Source: a virus
Lineage: Duplodnaviria > Caudoviricetes
Reading direction: 5' to 3' (one strand)
DNA length: 54,657 nucleotides
IMG/VR virus record: IMGVR_UViG_3300032087_003663
Location: 1 to 54,657 of that record
Below the pieces are notes generated by a model. That model was not told the DNA's origin. It saw nothing but the letters and a program-made list of their open reading frames with translations, and did no database searches. The position numbers and the translations under genes were made by a program. Below are positions 15,801 to 23,502 of this stretch, in pieces; position 1 is the first letter of the stretch; the number at the start of each line of letters is the position of its first letter.

Positions 15801-17730
15801 AGAACTCATCTTGCAACTGACCCTTCTTCTCTGCCAGTTCTTTGGTTTTATTCCAGAGAGTTGGTGATAACCTGCCAGCAAACCTAGTGTCAGTGGACAT
15901 GCGGTTAAGTGCTGCGGTTCCGCCAACTATGTTTCTGTACCTGTCTTCTCGCTTGATCTTGTGAGGTGTCTCTGGATCAAACAATTTGGAACCACCAGAC
16001 TTGTTCCCCGTGATTGTGCCTTTGCTGGTCTGCCGGATTCTTGGGAAGTAGCTTGCGTACAAATCCTGCAACTGAGTGACATCGACATTCATGTCAGATG
16101 CTTCGACGACCAAGTCATCCATCTGAGTCTTGATGCGGTTGAGTGGTTCAATCGACGCTTGCAGCCTCGCGATTATGTCGTCAGCCTGTTCCGCAATCTC
16201 TGCATTGTCGCTGCCCTTCAGTGCGTCATACTTTTCTTTTAGGAACCTTGCCGCGTAGTCTTGGCTGGTTTCCTCAAATATCTCATCGCGACTGAGCATG
16301 AACTCTAGGATGCCGGAATCCTCATCCATCAACTCTTCGGCTATCAACTGATCGTCTTGCTTGCGAACGCGACCAACGTCCTCAAGGTATTCAATCATGA
16401 AGTTGCCCATCTGGTTCCGCTTCTGCTGCAACACTTCACCGGAAACTTCTTCGGCAACTTCACCGGCTTCGTTGTACTTGTTGAAGTCGTTTAGCAGAGG
16501 ATCAAGCTGACGGATGTTGTCAAACATTTCCTGCTTAGAAACCACGAAATCCTGCTGCAACAAGTTCTTGGCTTCTCGGATTGCCTTCTGTGATTCAGGA
16601 GTTTTTGCTCCCTCAAATGTTTTGCTCATTCGCGATGTGACGCCAATGATCGGCCTGCTGTACCGCATGCCGCGAGCAAGGCGATCAACACCCGGTGCAA
16701 GGCCACTACCAAATGACGTATCAACAATACCGCCGGGCAAGCGGAATCTCATGTAGCCATCTGATATGTTTGCGTCCTTGACCTCATCGACCATTTTGTT
16801 CCATTCCTTGGAACCACGCTTCGCACCTTTGGCCTCTGCTGCTTTCTTAAAGTGTTTATCGCCCGCTAAAGCATTCTCAAACTCTTTGCTTAAAGAGTCA
16901 CTTGCCTTGCCGGCAGATGTGCCGCTTTGCTTCACGGGGTTCTGAATGGCATCGGCTGCCGACATCTTGAGCAATGACTCACGCTTGCCGATATCCCCCG
17001 CTGCCTCACTGACCTTACCAGCATTCTTGGCGTAGATATCAATGTTATCTAGCAAGCCAACTTTCTTGAGTGACCTTGCAGCCTGCGCGCCCTTGCCAGC
17101 CCCTTTAACAGCAGCAGACGCACCGAAAGATAGATAGGTCAACGGATCAAGCAGGACTTCCAGACCGATGCCTGCTCCCATGCGACCCAATGTCGTACCT
17201 AAACCCTTGGGTTCTCCACTGTCGTCAAGAAGACCATACCCTTCAAGCAGTTCTTCGCCAGAGATCCTTACATCTGAGTCTGCCCAATTCCAAGGCAGCA
17301 ACTGATCGAGTGGATTTTCCGGTGCAGGACCGCCGGGCAACCAAGTAAGGACATCACGCACGACGCTACCTGGAACATCCAAGATGTTTCCAAGACCACC
17401 GACAGTATCTAATGCGGCATCACCTGTCTGTCGCAGAATCGACCTTTCGTCAACTTGCGACTCCATGCTTGGACGCGAAGGTGGCGCAATCGACGCCGGT
17501 TGCTGCTGCACTGTGCTTGGCTGCAATCGTGACGATGGCCGCTGTAGTTGCTCCTGCGCACGCTGACGCCGATATTCTTTCCCCGTAAGGAACGAATCTC
17601 TGCGCTGACGCTGTGGCTCAGTGTCCTCTACCAGCAAAGGACTGTCAGGTTGACCTAAGCCTAAGCCTGAACTCCTTGCCCCCGCGATGCCTGCTGCGCG
17701 TGCGTACTCGCCAGCCGTAAGGAATTGCAT
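6850..17730 (-). CDS. giant polyvalent / internal virion (ejection) protein, about 3626 aa
   Basis: Single open frame of about 10.9 kb. Two ART-PolyVal-like domains (YHGT; FHG...GEGAQVYGYGLYFA), HELSH zincin, ParB-like EGRHR, and a helical C-terminus (NPGFHVRN...FFPFYSF) typical of large phage polyvalent proteins. Confidence 0.85.
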   Translation of the reverse strand: MQFLTAGEYARAAGIAGARSSGLGLGQPDSPLLVEDTEPQRQRRDSFLTGKEYRRQRAQEQLQRPSSRLQPSTVQQQPASIAPPSRPSMESQVDERSILRQTGDAALDTVGGLGNILDVPGSVVRDVLTWLPGGPAPENPLDQLLPWNWADSDVRISGEELLEGYGLLDDSGEPKGLGTTLGRMGAGIGLEVLLDPLTYLSFGASAAVKGAGKGAQAARSLKKVGLLDNIDIYAKNAGKVSEAAGDIGKRESLLKMSAADAIQNPVKQSGTSAGKASDSLSKEFENALAGDKHFKKAAEAKGAKRGSKEWNKMVDEVKDANISDGYMRFRLPGGIVDTSFGSGLAPGVDRLARGMRYSRPIIGVTSRMSKTFEGAKTPESQKAIREAKNLLQQDFVVSKQEMFDNIRQLDPLLNDFNKYNEAGEVAEEVSGEVLQQKRNQMGNFMIEYLEDVGRVRKQDDQLIAEELMDEDSGILEFMLSRDEIFEETSQDYAARFLKEKYDALKGSDNAEIAEQADDIIARLQASIEPLNRIKTQMDDLVVEASDMNVDVTQLQDLYASYFPRIRQTSKGTITGNKSGGSKLFDPETPHKIKREDRYRNIVGGTAALNRMSTDTRFAGRLSPTLWNKTKELAEKKGQLQDEFFSVDKGYGAEMANLSDDAKKDLFKAITERTPEDVQKNIPLFSVNPADAALRALESAYKARSNADVLRKIVADSMVVRDRGIDETEAAIKNAFGVEGAESALGTVSEAAQTVGRGTDQGMSDVVRQLDIQDGRTPPDQTGAGVKRPDGGDGPGGDGDPATPEPDGPTAGTPDGSSSPAQEGDTKGVTKIDDAAETATIESRIREISESSLEELTAEGGVLAVNAPALRKLRNELFGEGHGLKGRSAEQIRQTIYQEAKKRAGKAKQDSVQENLSNIKFDDAEIDVAPLEPGEMLSQFDASDSRSLNVLDATGFFMGKSDGVSYMIRLADDDQSSALASLGRNRTPASDNTMRAARESVQDFEDKIVRSVSGDAGYQGYAEVEGMQLSQYVDGLGNRFIVPGRVVDTIEDMYPDAIMKSYQERNQVAGLVFLDEDANVLARVDKLASKSAASQKAETLRTAAKRPSTSKLDDAISGSLTTVYHGTPDPAGLTESDGLLFVSKDKSEAARYADESNAGGGRVLRFEIDESKLISESEANEVLESIGVRVDAEDGNLYERLDPSFEDYYIGDEAVSKFRAEMDRRGHEGVRLDVDYRADGTKTVVDQNIVMIRKPSRDTSVQVGPRERRATGQLELTNEQMRAISHRLDDPDSIAESLQSQMLDGDDELIERLGYSQAADEAEFRERVGEVSEMLAGGRFDDAMKQDGELAAEILEQSVDDSINTYLDMSRQELGGDLTRKQFNTIKREFARAKQSVESYLKVPPRAVDQLDPTASARDRVYSQMIETVGEEQAAANIALSDAFANQVVKSENNVGSVDEYYERYLTQVRRLDEYIKGREDTLSQAELIKGQPVSSLVRTETDPLVLAQSRHPVFRSQYDVWILTRDESLKPGATSGEKHNLAFKAWMKSDLSAGDFQAIGDARNSEWISQTGIPSNDRLRQILSSDKRDKVVDISQFDGQRVGVRIDIPAFESSGEYVVTLHEGKAGGKVIAHAGYARIEGEVDLKLTVGQQKESNRIARGEKNKTTLARAYGELSAPQGAENVIPADIDSWTPLGFNPKKANFFYNKRNGKEVRRGNDVIAVGNTLFMREVTEYGTTRNAIKSHGTRFDILKQSAFHGNGIPPFDAFTLSKIGTGEGAQVYGYGLYFASRKGVARYYRETLSGWRYNGEKISDWDLNQFPDAHYDDMSIGEYRAKFFGHDPFVSDAEVIAARNSDQRYLVAQVIEALRPPLAGRNLASVERALRYKARQYNTIDARGVRADKVAARNLGDYDLDVLTEDDIYPAEDIIATMYRMVDDGELVQGKGTLYEVDLAPKESEYLMWDDPSFGPDASPVVAKALDDILEKELYPLFEDAIYDAAEASVDPEIARLRQFLTPEDFVKEIDGMSVRQQTLMAMGLGEDPEGGDFLRMLETIFSPKEASEMLLERGVKGVKYLDGTSRGTNKPASYNFVIFDDADVHIQNVLHQRMRDAVGTPRGTIFTNQLGEEAVITLFNGSDLSTLPHELSHAFRRQLHLLDDDLLLRAEQHYGVNAARWTVEQEEAFAEDFERYLSIGKAPTKELESVFSRMKQWLIDVYKGAIGTPLERELSDEMRDIFDTMLGKEPVQRGPDVPNRPKVSRKEHHRRRDILADYYGVHKNSITKARREEIEDALALHLDDAIDGTKQAQMLRLLRDKFTVPRKKKNGVFTESEKQHANRIDNNIIKMARSARNHVERGVVKKGHIVDSLNDSTGRGGDYTTWQFSDDASSTQYFGEHSPIISQLSPTENNPDEAIFQALLDLEINREIVALNKRRGAKGPKSKYRDTIAMSKPDIYSDEQILDLTDKLARERGQSVYEQVFGVDQIDEEGDIFDQVIAARGRQAANESLSPDEQFQRAIVRQDPKPEMFEAGKYFDQKAFDRADTGYKSRRTIVEMDIQDFLRMAERLDQARPSSQENVAAAVAEGQKFSDLPYLSFSNDGKGTASVVGHEGRHRAMELAAQGETKMPVILESAGGQEAIRWSEQGKRSGFDRIRGVWPKQLVTQNRGSADSIPFPIEDPLEVSQPGIQPAAPLLNEDAVAGDQMGLFQGEGKRRKFRSDIKKGPKAKQGSLFETSNAKVDRDQMDLFGDDATPEDLVYKPKPDEGKDPDMLFQSAFSGVKREVRNAEGEVVAQVEMPSSKWATNSKRTVVRAMDGARPQDMVRVMSDLVVEELDRLDPSLSQQAQKTYGVVNNNWDLRITKGGVTKSAREWMAEDMVRFSEGKIKPPVGMHKYMAGFKQHLSKLMGKRGESLANDVRVGQLFNELLKPESSGMVPFFSETGESVMGAMGVNLDALRSTTKKLNHRGDRARKAMVALIPPEAAETARQNILRERHSARRRRWIENRDNWQNEADELKGKLEDLAGSDDKAAISELRSQLRGVERQIQDIPEASYDDWYRNALRSDKRKYKGVELDIEPQMWLGQVKLPRRIAEDLVSVSKATTYLTDDSSIGSLIGWFDGYNKLFKTNVTSTNPGFHVRNYFSGFIQNALNDVTDPRFGAMDIRRYTKPYGDSQSLMKGKTIEGAGDIPLFSDLKVAKGQNKDEAATEEIAELLFIHEIINAPGTHRDIPGEAPATLRSQMIGPSFGRHDKVIFGRNSFALNRSKTAPVAKRAKAGMSQSEKAVIRVRDTYKKYLDIAQNVGDAVEIQHRAGGFIALLRQGYSPEEAARIVKLVQVDYSNLSSFEKEYMRRFFPFYSFSRGMSVYLANELATNPAGKVGIAIRAQRHGRDRDVATPTYISKGLSLPMGSNADGTRHYLTNIGMMHEQPVQQLAPFAALNPGDAAFNVIGNMNPLLKLPLELAFDESSFQQSVSGGVDLDDADPPLGRALSNVAQGLGLRDKDRKQPYRLGKLTEAVAGASPFSRYTNTVRTAFDPRKNIAQRAANTLTGLRISSVSPQRQDAVLRERAELFLQTQGARQFQKSYIPDEIKANMTEEELRAVSQYELLIEILAKRSKERRKNQEKGAN

Positions 17731-17767
17731 AATCAATTATTGATGTTATGAGTATGGTTTGTCTTGA

Positions 17768-19906
17768 TTACCTTTGCTTGCGGCGAGCAATGTAATCTTT
17801 GAGTTTCTTGTTCTGCCTCTCTAAAGTCGCTCGCTTTTCCCTGATCTCTTCTTCTCCGAAAGTGAATCCAAGACCCTCATTCGGCATCAGATACTCGCCA
17901 GCTAGACCACCTAGGAAACCGCCAATCGGCCCGCCAAAAAATTGGCCTGCTGAACGCCCCGCCTGCCTCGCTCCTTCTCTGCCCACGTTTTTAAGTTGCT
18001 GGTCAAGGCCAAGGATTTGCTGTTCGTTCAGTTCAAGAAGCTGCTCTGGTGTGTAGACAACTCCACCTTGTTCACTGTTAAAGTATGCGTCCAGTTCCTC
18101 GTCCGTTTCTAAACCTTCAAGTGCCACCATTTGATTGTCGTAAAAGGAAATCGGGTCTTCTGCTATTTCGTCAGCTTGTCGCTGTTGAGCGTCATTAAGT
18201 TCAACCTGACGTTCTGCTTTGGCTCTCGCACTGGCTGGCGTTGGCTTTACTTGTGCTGAATCGCTGGGCTGAAGAACGTCATTGCTAATCTGTTGCAAAA
18301 GGGCATCCTTCTCAGGTCCGTCCTGCATAGCCTGTGCTGCCTGCAATCTGTTCTGTATTGCTTGCTGCTGCTCTACCCTACGCAGAGCATCTGACGCACG
18401 TTCCTCTTGATCCAACTGACTCTGTGCCATGCGAGTGGCTTGATTGAGACTCATGTTAGGACCAAAGGTTGCTTGTGTTCCCACAGTCATCGGACCTCCA
18501 ATCCCACCACCCGGTGCTACAGTGACTCCACCAGTCCTTCCATAATTCATTAGCTGCGCCCTACGCATTCGCAGTTCTCTAGCAGCATCCTTGCGTTCCT
18601 GACGAGCTTCTCTAGCTTCATTGAATCTGCCGTAGTCGGACACTGCTCCTGTGGCTGGGTCGATGTAGACCTCACCAGCAAGACGAGCTTTCCTGCGAGG
18701 CTCTCTGGCCGCGTTCAAAGCCTTTCTGGCGTCACGACCATTCTCGGTGTATAGAATGCTGGCATCTCCATCGTTGTCATCAATCAATGCCCTGACTTCC
18801 TCTGGAACGCTTGGCCCATACATTGCTCTGCCGGAATTAGTTATTTTCATCTTCCCGTAAGTGGGAGAAGATGGATCAGAGTCGATTGTTCTCGTTGCTC
18901 CAGAGGGCGTTGTGACAACACCATTCTCATCAGCCTGCGCCATGTGGTCAGCAACTTTTTTGTCCAAGAAGTCGATCTGATCTTGGCGATTTCGGAACAT
19001 GCCTGCATCGAAACGAGTTCCGGGCGTTGCTCCGCTGCCCTTGAATGTGTAACCATCACCTTCAACTGGCTCAGTAAAACCCATGCCTCCGGGCTGCATA
19101 GTTGACCTGTCTCGTTCGCTGCGGGACGGAAGCCTGCTCAACAACTCTTCATTGACGCCGGGAGCAACAGGCACTCTTGTAGGCGCAGCCTGCATCAATC
19201 CTGGTGTAAATAGAGGTGTGGTTCCGGTTCGGTCGTAAAAGTCTCGTTGTGGAGATTCTGTTGGCAGGATGCTGCTTCTTGAATTTTCAGCAAGCTGATC
19301 CAGAGAACCATCAACCGCCTGTTCATTGAAGTAGTCTCGCTGCATCGGCTGCATCGCGTCACTTGGACTTGTCTGACTGGTCGCGTCAGGAATGATGGGG
19401 ATAGGTTTCATTGGCAAAGCCCTCATAGTGGCTCCACCACCTCCGGTGTAAGTTGGCTTTGGAGGCTGCGGATATCCTCCAGCCGCGCGTTTAAGCCTAG
19501 CTTGAAACTGAGCATTTGACTCGGTGTTTTGCTTTTGCAGCCCACCAGAACTTGGTACTGGCGGTGCGGCAGGATTAGCACCAAGACGCTGCAACCGTGC
19601 CTGATATTGCGCATCGGTTTCTGTGTTCATCTTCTTCGGGGCGCGCAACTTCGCTGCTGGTGCGGGTGGCGGTGCAGCCGCGCCACGTTGCCCCAACTGC
19701 GGCATTCGCGCAGATGGAACTGCTGGCTGTGGACTCAACTGTGGCATCGGCACAGATGGAACCGCAGGCTGCATGTTCATTTGTGGCATCCTGACAGACG
19801 GAACCGCACCGCCCGGCAGATTCGGCGGCACAAATGGATTGGGAGCCAATGGGTTGTATTCAGCAGCCCTATGCTGCGGCCCACGCGGTGGTCGTTGGAA
19901 CATCAT
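17768..19906 (-). CDS. P/Q-rich putative internal virion (ejection) protein
   Basis: 712 aa; low-complexity N-terminus, coiled-coil segments, C-terminal glycine zipper GQFFGGPIGGFLGGLAG; lies just upstream of the giant protein. Confidence 0.7.
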   Translation of the reverse strand: MMFQRPPRGPQHRAAEYNPLAPNPFVPPNLPGGAVPSVRMPQMNMQPAVPSVPMPQLSPQPAVPSARMPQLGQRGAAAPPPAPAAKLRAPKKMNTETDAQYQARLQRLGANPAAPPVPSSGGLQKQNTESNAQFQARLKRAAGGYPQPPKPTYTGGGGATMRALPMKPIPIIPDATSQTSPSDAMQPMQRDYFNEQAVDGSLDQLAENSRSSILPTESPQRDFYDRTGTTPLFTPGLMQAAPTRVPVAPGVNEELLSRLPSRSERDRSTMQPGGMGFTEPVEGDGYTFKGSGATPGTRFDAGMFRNRQDQIDFLDKKVADHMAQADENGVVTTPSGATRTIDSDPSSPTYGKMKITNSGRAMYGPSVPEEVRALIDDNDGDASILYTENGRDARKALNAAREPRRKARLAGEVYIDPATGAVSDYGRFNEAREARQERKDAARELRMRRAQLMNYGRTGGVTVAPGGGIGGPMTVGTQATFGPNMSLNQATRMAQSQLDQEERASDALRRVEQQQAIQNRLQAAQAMQDGPEKDALLQQISNDVLQPSDSAQVKPTPASARAKAERQVELNDAQQRQADEIAEDPISFYDNQMVALEGLETDEELDAYFNSEQGGVVYTPEQLLELNEQQILGLDQQLKNVGREGARQAGRSAGQFFGGPIGGFLGGLAGEYLMPNEGLGFTFGEEEIREKRATLERQNKKLKDYIARRKQR

Positions 19907-19915
19907 GGTATTTTC

Positions 19916-20539
19916 CTAATCCTTTCTTTGGCTTAACGGCCCCAACGCCGCCTGTTTTAGATAACTCACACCTTCGGGCGTACCCAGCAAGCTGGTCATA
20001 GACCGTCCATCAAAGTAGCCATGCTTCTGCGCTTGGCCTCGCATCCACTCAATGTCCTGGTTTTTGTATCCGACAGGAATCTTACCAAGCAGCGGCTTTC
20101 CTTCCTGCCTTCGGAAGTTCTCTGCCCCAAACACTAAGTCGCCAAAGATTGGTGCTATCTCGCTCTTGTCATGTGGCATTTTTGGATGCTGTTCAAAGGC
20201 ATGTTCAAATTCATGGTTGATAGCTAAAGGACGACCAACGCTTCTAGTAGACGAAGGTAAAGTCTTTGGAACGTAAGCAAGGCCAGTTCCGCGACGAGCA
20301 AAGGATCGAGTTGGTGGCAGATTTGATCTTGGAATAAAATCCGAATAATTACTCAGTCGCCTTCCAGGATGCCTCTTGCGAACAAGACCTAACCCAACAG
20401 GGGATTGGGCGTCATACGATCTGCCTTGTTGCTGCATCATGCCAACCATCTTGTCCCTCGGATCAGACGATGTATGCATGGCTTTATTTAATCGCGCAAC
20501 ACCAGCATTCAGCAGGCTGTAGCTATTTTGATCTGGCAT
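19916..20539 (-). CDS. hypothetical protein with zincin-like HExxH motif
   Basis: ATG 20539 after GGAAGGA; AINHEFEHAF motif followed by a downstream Glu (SEIAP). Confidence 0.65.
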   Translation of the reverse strand: MPDQNSYSLLNAGVARLNKAMHTSSDPRDKMVGMMQQQGRSYDAQSPVGLGLVRKRHPGRRLSNYSDFIPRSNLPPTRSFARRGTGLAYVPKTLPSSTRSVGRPLAINHEFEHAFEQHPKMPHDKSEIAPIFGDLVFGAENFRRQEGKPLLGKIPVGYKNQDIEWMRGQAQKHGYFDGRSMTSLLGTPEGVSYLKQAALGPLSQRKD

Positions 20540-20588
20540 GCGATTCCTTCCGTGACGTAGTCGCAAACTATTTTACTGGAGAATCCTT

Positions 20589-21041
20589 CTATTCCGCGAG
20601 TTTTGCCTTTTGCTCCATCTTGATTGCAATCTTGAGCATTTTTTCCGCTGCTTTTCTCCTCACCACCAGTGGCACAACAGTCGCAGCTTTGCCCATCTTG
20701 TCTGTCTGACCCACCAAGTGCGAAATAATGTACTCAGACTCTTGCTGGCACTTCTCAATGCCCCATGTGTTCATCTTTTTTTCAAGGTCTGAACAACCGC
20801 AGGTAGACTTGGGAACCTTGTCAAGCATCGCCTTCGGTACGCTCTTCTCGATTAGCCTCTTTAGCTGAGAGCCAACCGTGCTTTGCCCTCGCAGCTCTGA
20901 CTCAATCTCTGTGCGGTGATCGGTGAACCACTGGCGTGTCTCAGGGTCACACTTGTCCCAAGGCATAACGCCTAGTCTTCTTTTTTTTGGATGGATACGC
21001 ACTGTGTACCCCATCTCTTTGATTTGCTTGAGAATGCTCAT
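20589..21041 (-). CDS. hypothetical protein with CGC motif
   Basis: ATGA-coupled to the Cys-rich gene; TCGCSDLEKKMNTWG. Confidence 0.7.
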   Translation of the reverse strand: MSILKQIKEMGYTVRIHPKKRRLGVMPWDKCDPETRQWFTDHRTEIESELRGQSTVGSQLKRLIEKSVPKAMLDKVPKSTCGCSDLEKKMNTWGIEKCQQESEYIISHLVGQTDKMGKAATVVPLVVRRKAAEKMLKIAIKMEQKAKLAE

Positions 21042-21910
21042 GGGTATCCCTCGTCGCAATCGCCTTGCTGCCAGTAACCGCCTCCTGCTTCACAGTCTGC
21101 TTGTGTTGTGTCTGGGGTGGTTGTGTAGTCAGAATTTGTGCAGCATCCCAAGGGATCACTGCCTCCTCCACCGCCGCCGTCACCGCCGCCGTCACCGTCA
21201 CCGTCACCGCTGCTATCGTCTGGGCAGCACAGTGCTGCTGTCCACTCAATGTCACCTTCCGAAAAGCAGCCATTCGGGGAACTCCCTGCGTTCTGATTGG
21301 CTGATGCGAAAGGGCCAAACACAACATTGGAAGTTGGAGTTTCGCAGATTGTGGTTAGCACAGCGGGGCTAGTCACAGCCGTGACATCAAGCGTTACGCT
21401 TCCATCCGGGTCTGCTACAGCGTCTAAGCAATCTTGGTCAGCATCTCCTGCAAACGTAACGCAGTTGGTTGGGCCATTTTCAACAGTAAACTTCCATTCA
21501 GTTGAGCTAATCGCCTCCGCGATAACTGTCCCACAATTTGAAAATTCTGGTGCGCCAGTATTTTCGTCTATCATGCAAAACCACGAACCATAAAGCCGCC
21601 ACTTGCAGTTTTCTATCCAGTCGCAGTTCTTTCCGTTGTCAACTCCGTCATTGCAAGTCTTTCCACTTGGGCAGGCGGGATCGGGAATGCACTCGGCCTG
21701 CGCGGGTAGAGGTGGAAACTCAAACACAAGGTACGGGCAAGGACAATTTTCCCAAGCAAGAAAAAGCTGAACTATAGTCAGGCAATGATCCGGGCATTGG
21801 TCGCATCCGATACATTTACAGTCGTCACAGCAACATCGCTCATGGATCGCCAAGCCACCGTGCTGCCTCCTCCAGAGAAGTTGACCGTTATATCTATACA
21901 GAGGCATCAC
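21038..21910 (-). CDS. cysteine-rich putative tail-tip/adhesion protein
   Basis: 290 aa, very Cys-rich (CCCDDCKC); Gly/Asp linker; in tail module. Confidence 0.65.
   Translation of the reverse strand: MMPLYRYNGQLLWRRQHGGLAIHERCCCDDCKCIGCDQCPDHCLTIVQLFLAWENCPCPYLVFEFPPLPAQAECIPDPACPSGKTCNDGVDNGKNCDWIENCKWRLYGSWFCMIDENTGAPEFSNCGTVIAEAISSTEWKFTVENGPTNCVTFAGDADQDCLDAVADPDGSVTLDVTAVTSPAVLTTICETPTSNVVFGPFASANQNAGSSPNGCFSEGDIEWTAALCCPDDSSGDGDGDGGGDGGGGGGSDPLGCCTNSDYTTTPDTTQADCEAGGGYWQQGDCDEGYP
21168..21209. repeat. Gly/Asp-coding microsatellite (CCGTCA/CCG units)
   Basis: ccaccgccgccgtcaccgccgccgtcaccgtcaccgtcaccg encodes GDGDGDGGGDGGGG. Confidence 0.7.
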
Positions 21911-23502
21911 GGATCTCCTGTCGTGTCTTCAGGACAGTCTGTAACAGGAATGCAAACAACAGGACCAGCAATAGGTGAAGGACATGCAAGGACTTGCGTG
22001 GTCGCAAAACAAAGACCGCCTTGACCATCCACTGGGTTGCCACAGGTTCCATCTATCGTTTGGTTTTGGTTCGCAGGATCCGAGGGGTCAGGCAAACTTC
22101 CCGAACCATACGAGCAACTACAGCCGACAGTGCATCCTGAGCCAACCCAAGTCCAAACATTATTGACTAGCGTTGAAGTGAACGTGCATGTTCCCGCGCA
22201 CAAGTAAGGGGTAGTCATTGCGTTTACTGATGCCAGTGCCAGGTATGCGCTTCTTGGCTGATTTTTCTCTGCACAGTCTTCCATAGTCTCGTCTTCGCTC
22301 CAGCCATACAAGTCCATGACTTGGTAATTCATTGTTACTGTGGGGCAATTTAAGGTGTCGAACGATATGTTCTGGTTACCTTGACTATCAGTTCCCTGAA
22401 GAACCTGATGCTTTGCTGGTGGCCCCAGTAAAGCTGAAGCAGTTGATACTACAACATACAGATGCGACTCAGGATTGTAGCAAGCAATTCCTTCAGTAGA
22501 TTCCTTTGGCAGACAAGCCACAGAAGCTGCTGAGAAAGGTGGCGGGCAATCTGCCTCGAATGGATCAAACCCGTCCCAGACGCTTCCTGTTTGCTGCCAC
22601 TCTGTCCCTGTCCATCGACACCCTGTCCACCGAGCGATCTTCTTCTCAACCCTGATAATCTCCCAGTCTGCTTGCGTTGCTGACCCAGAGCCAAGGTCGA
22701 AGTCTTCCGGTGTAGATGGCTTCAGGTCGGTCTTTCTGCGAATAAATACCTTTGATCCACTGACTGCATCGAGGTTGTATGTATTATCTGCTGAGATTAT
22801 TCCGCTCTCAGACGCCTCTGGTGGCTCATCAACGCAAGGATAGGAACTTCTAACATCACCACCCATTAAGTCGATTGTCACATCCTTCTGATCGTCTTCC
22901 TTTTTAAGGCATGTCTCAATCGTTCCCTCAAGCTCTTTGATAGGAAGGCTGCACTCCTCGATCTCGTATCGCGCTGGATGCGTAGGCTCTGTGACACCTC
23001 CTGTGTCTGGATCATCTTCTGACTGTGCAACATAATATGCCCATCCTGTTGCGTCCGGCTCTACCTCTGCCCAAAGGTTAAACGGGTCCGTTACGTTCAA
23101 CGTACTACCAAACTCAAGGACACCACCGCTGAGGTCTGGTGCTGCACCGTGAACTCGCAAGACCTTTACCTCTACCTGCTGGCCTGCCATCTTGCCGGTT
23201 GTTACAAACTGAATCCGGGGCGAACCAGTTCCACCATTGATTATCACCCACCGCTCATCAATAGTCTGCCCCACCAGTATCTCGTCATCAACTGCTATCG
23301 CTTGCTCTGTGGTGTTGACTACCGGAACGTGTTGGGAGTCGATAGTAGCCAGAGTAAGGTCGTCTGGATGATCCGCTGGCGGAACGGGAGCAGATGCGTT
23401 TTCAAATAGGCGCAGCTTTGCATTGAACACTGGGCATGTTTCCCCGTCCCGTGGGTCCGCCGCTTCCATGCACGTTGCAATAGCTATTCTTGCGTAGAAC
23501 AT
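21907..23502 (-). CDS. putative tail tip / receptor-binding structural protein
   Basis: 531 aa, beta-rich, with Cys-rich C-terminus; position in tail module. Confidence 0.6.
   Translation of the reverse strand: MFYARIAIATCMEAADPRDGETCPVFNAKLRLFENASAPVPPADHPDDLTLATIDSQHVPVVNTTEQAIAVDDEILVGQTIDERWVIINGGTGSPRIQFVTTGKMAGQQVEVKVLRVHGAAPDLSGGVLEFGSTLNVTDPFNLWAEVEPDATGWAYYVAQSEDDPDTGGVTEPTHPARYEIEECSLPIKELEGTIETCLKKEDDQKDVTIDLMGGDVRSSYPCVDEPPEASESGIISADNTYNLDAVSGSKVFIRRKTDLKPSTPEDFDLGSGSATQADWEIIRVEKKIARWTGCRWTGTEWQQTGSVWDGFDPFEADCPPPFSAASVACLPKESTEGIACYNPESHLYVVVSTASALLGPPAKHQVLQGTDSQGNQNISFDTLNCPTVTMNYQVMDLYGWSEDETMEDCAEKNQPRSAYLALASVNAMTTPYLCAGTCTFTSTLVNNVWTWVGSGCTVGCSCSYGSGSLPDPSDPANQNQTIDGTCGNPVDGQGGLCFATTQVLACPSPIAGPVVCIPVTDCPEDTTGDP

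Noticed and set aside
7118-17566. Many + strand ORFs opposite the giant gene (and similar ones opposite other late genes)
   Set aside because: These are antisense shadows of a long coding frame, with S/L-rich composition and no motifs.
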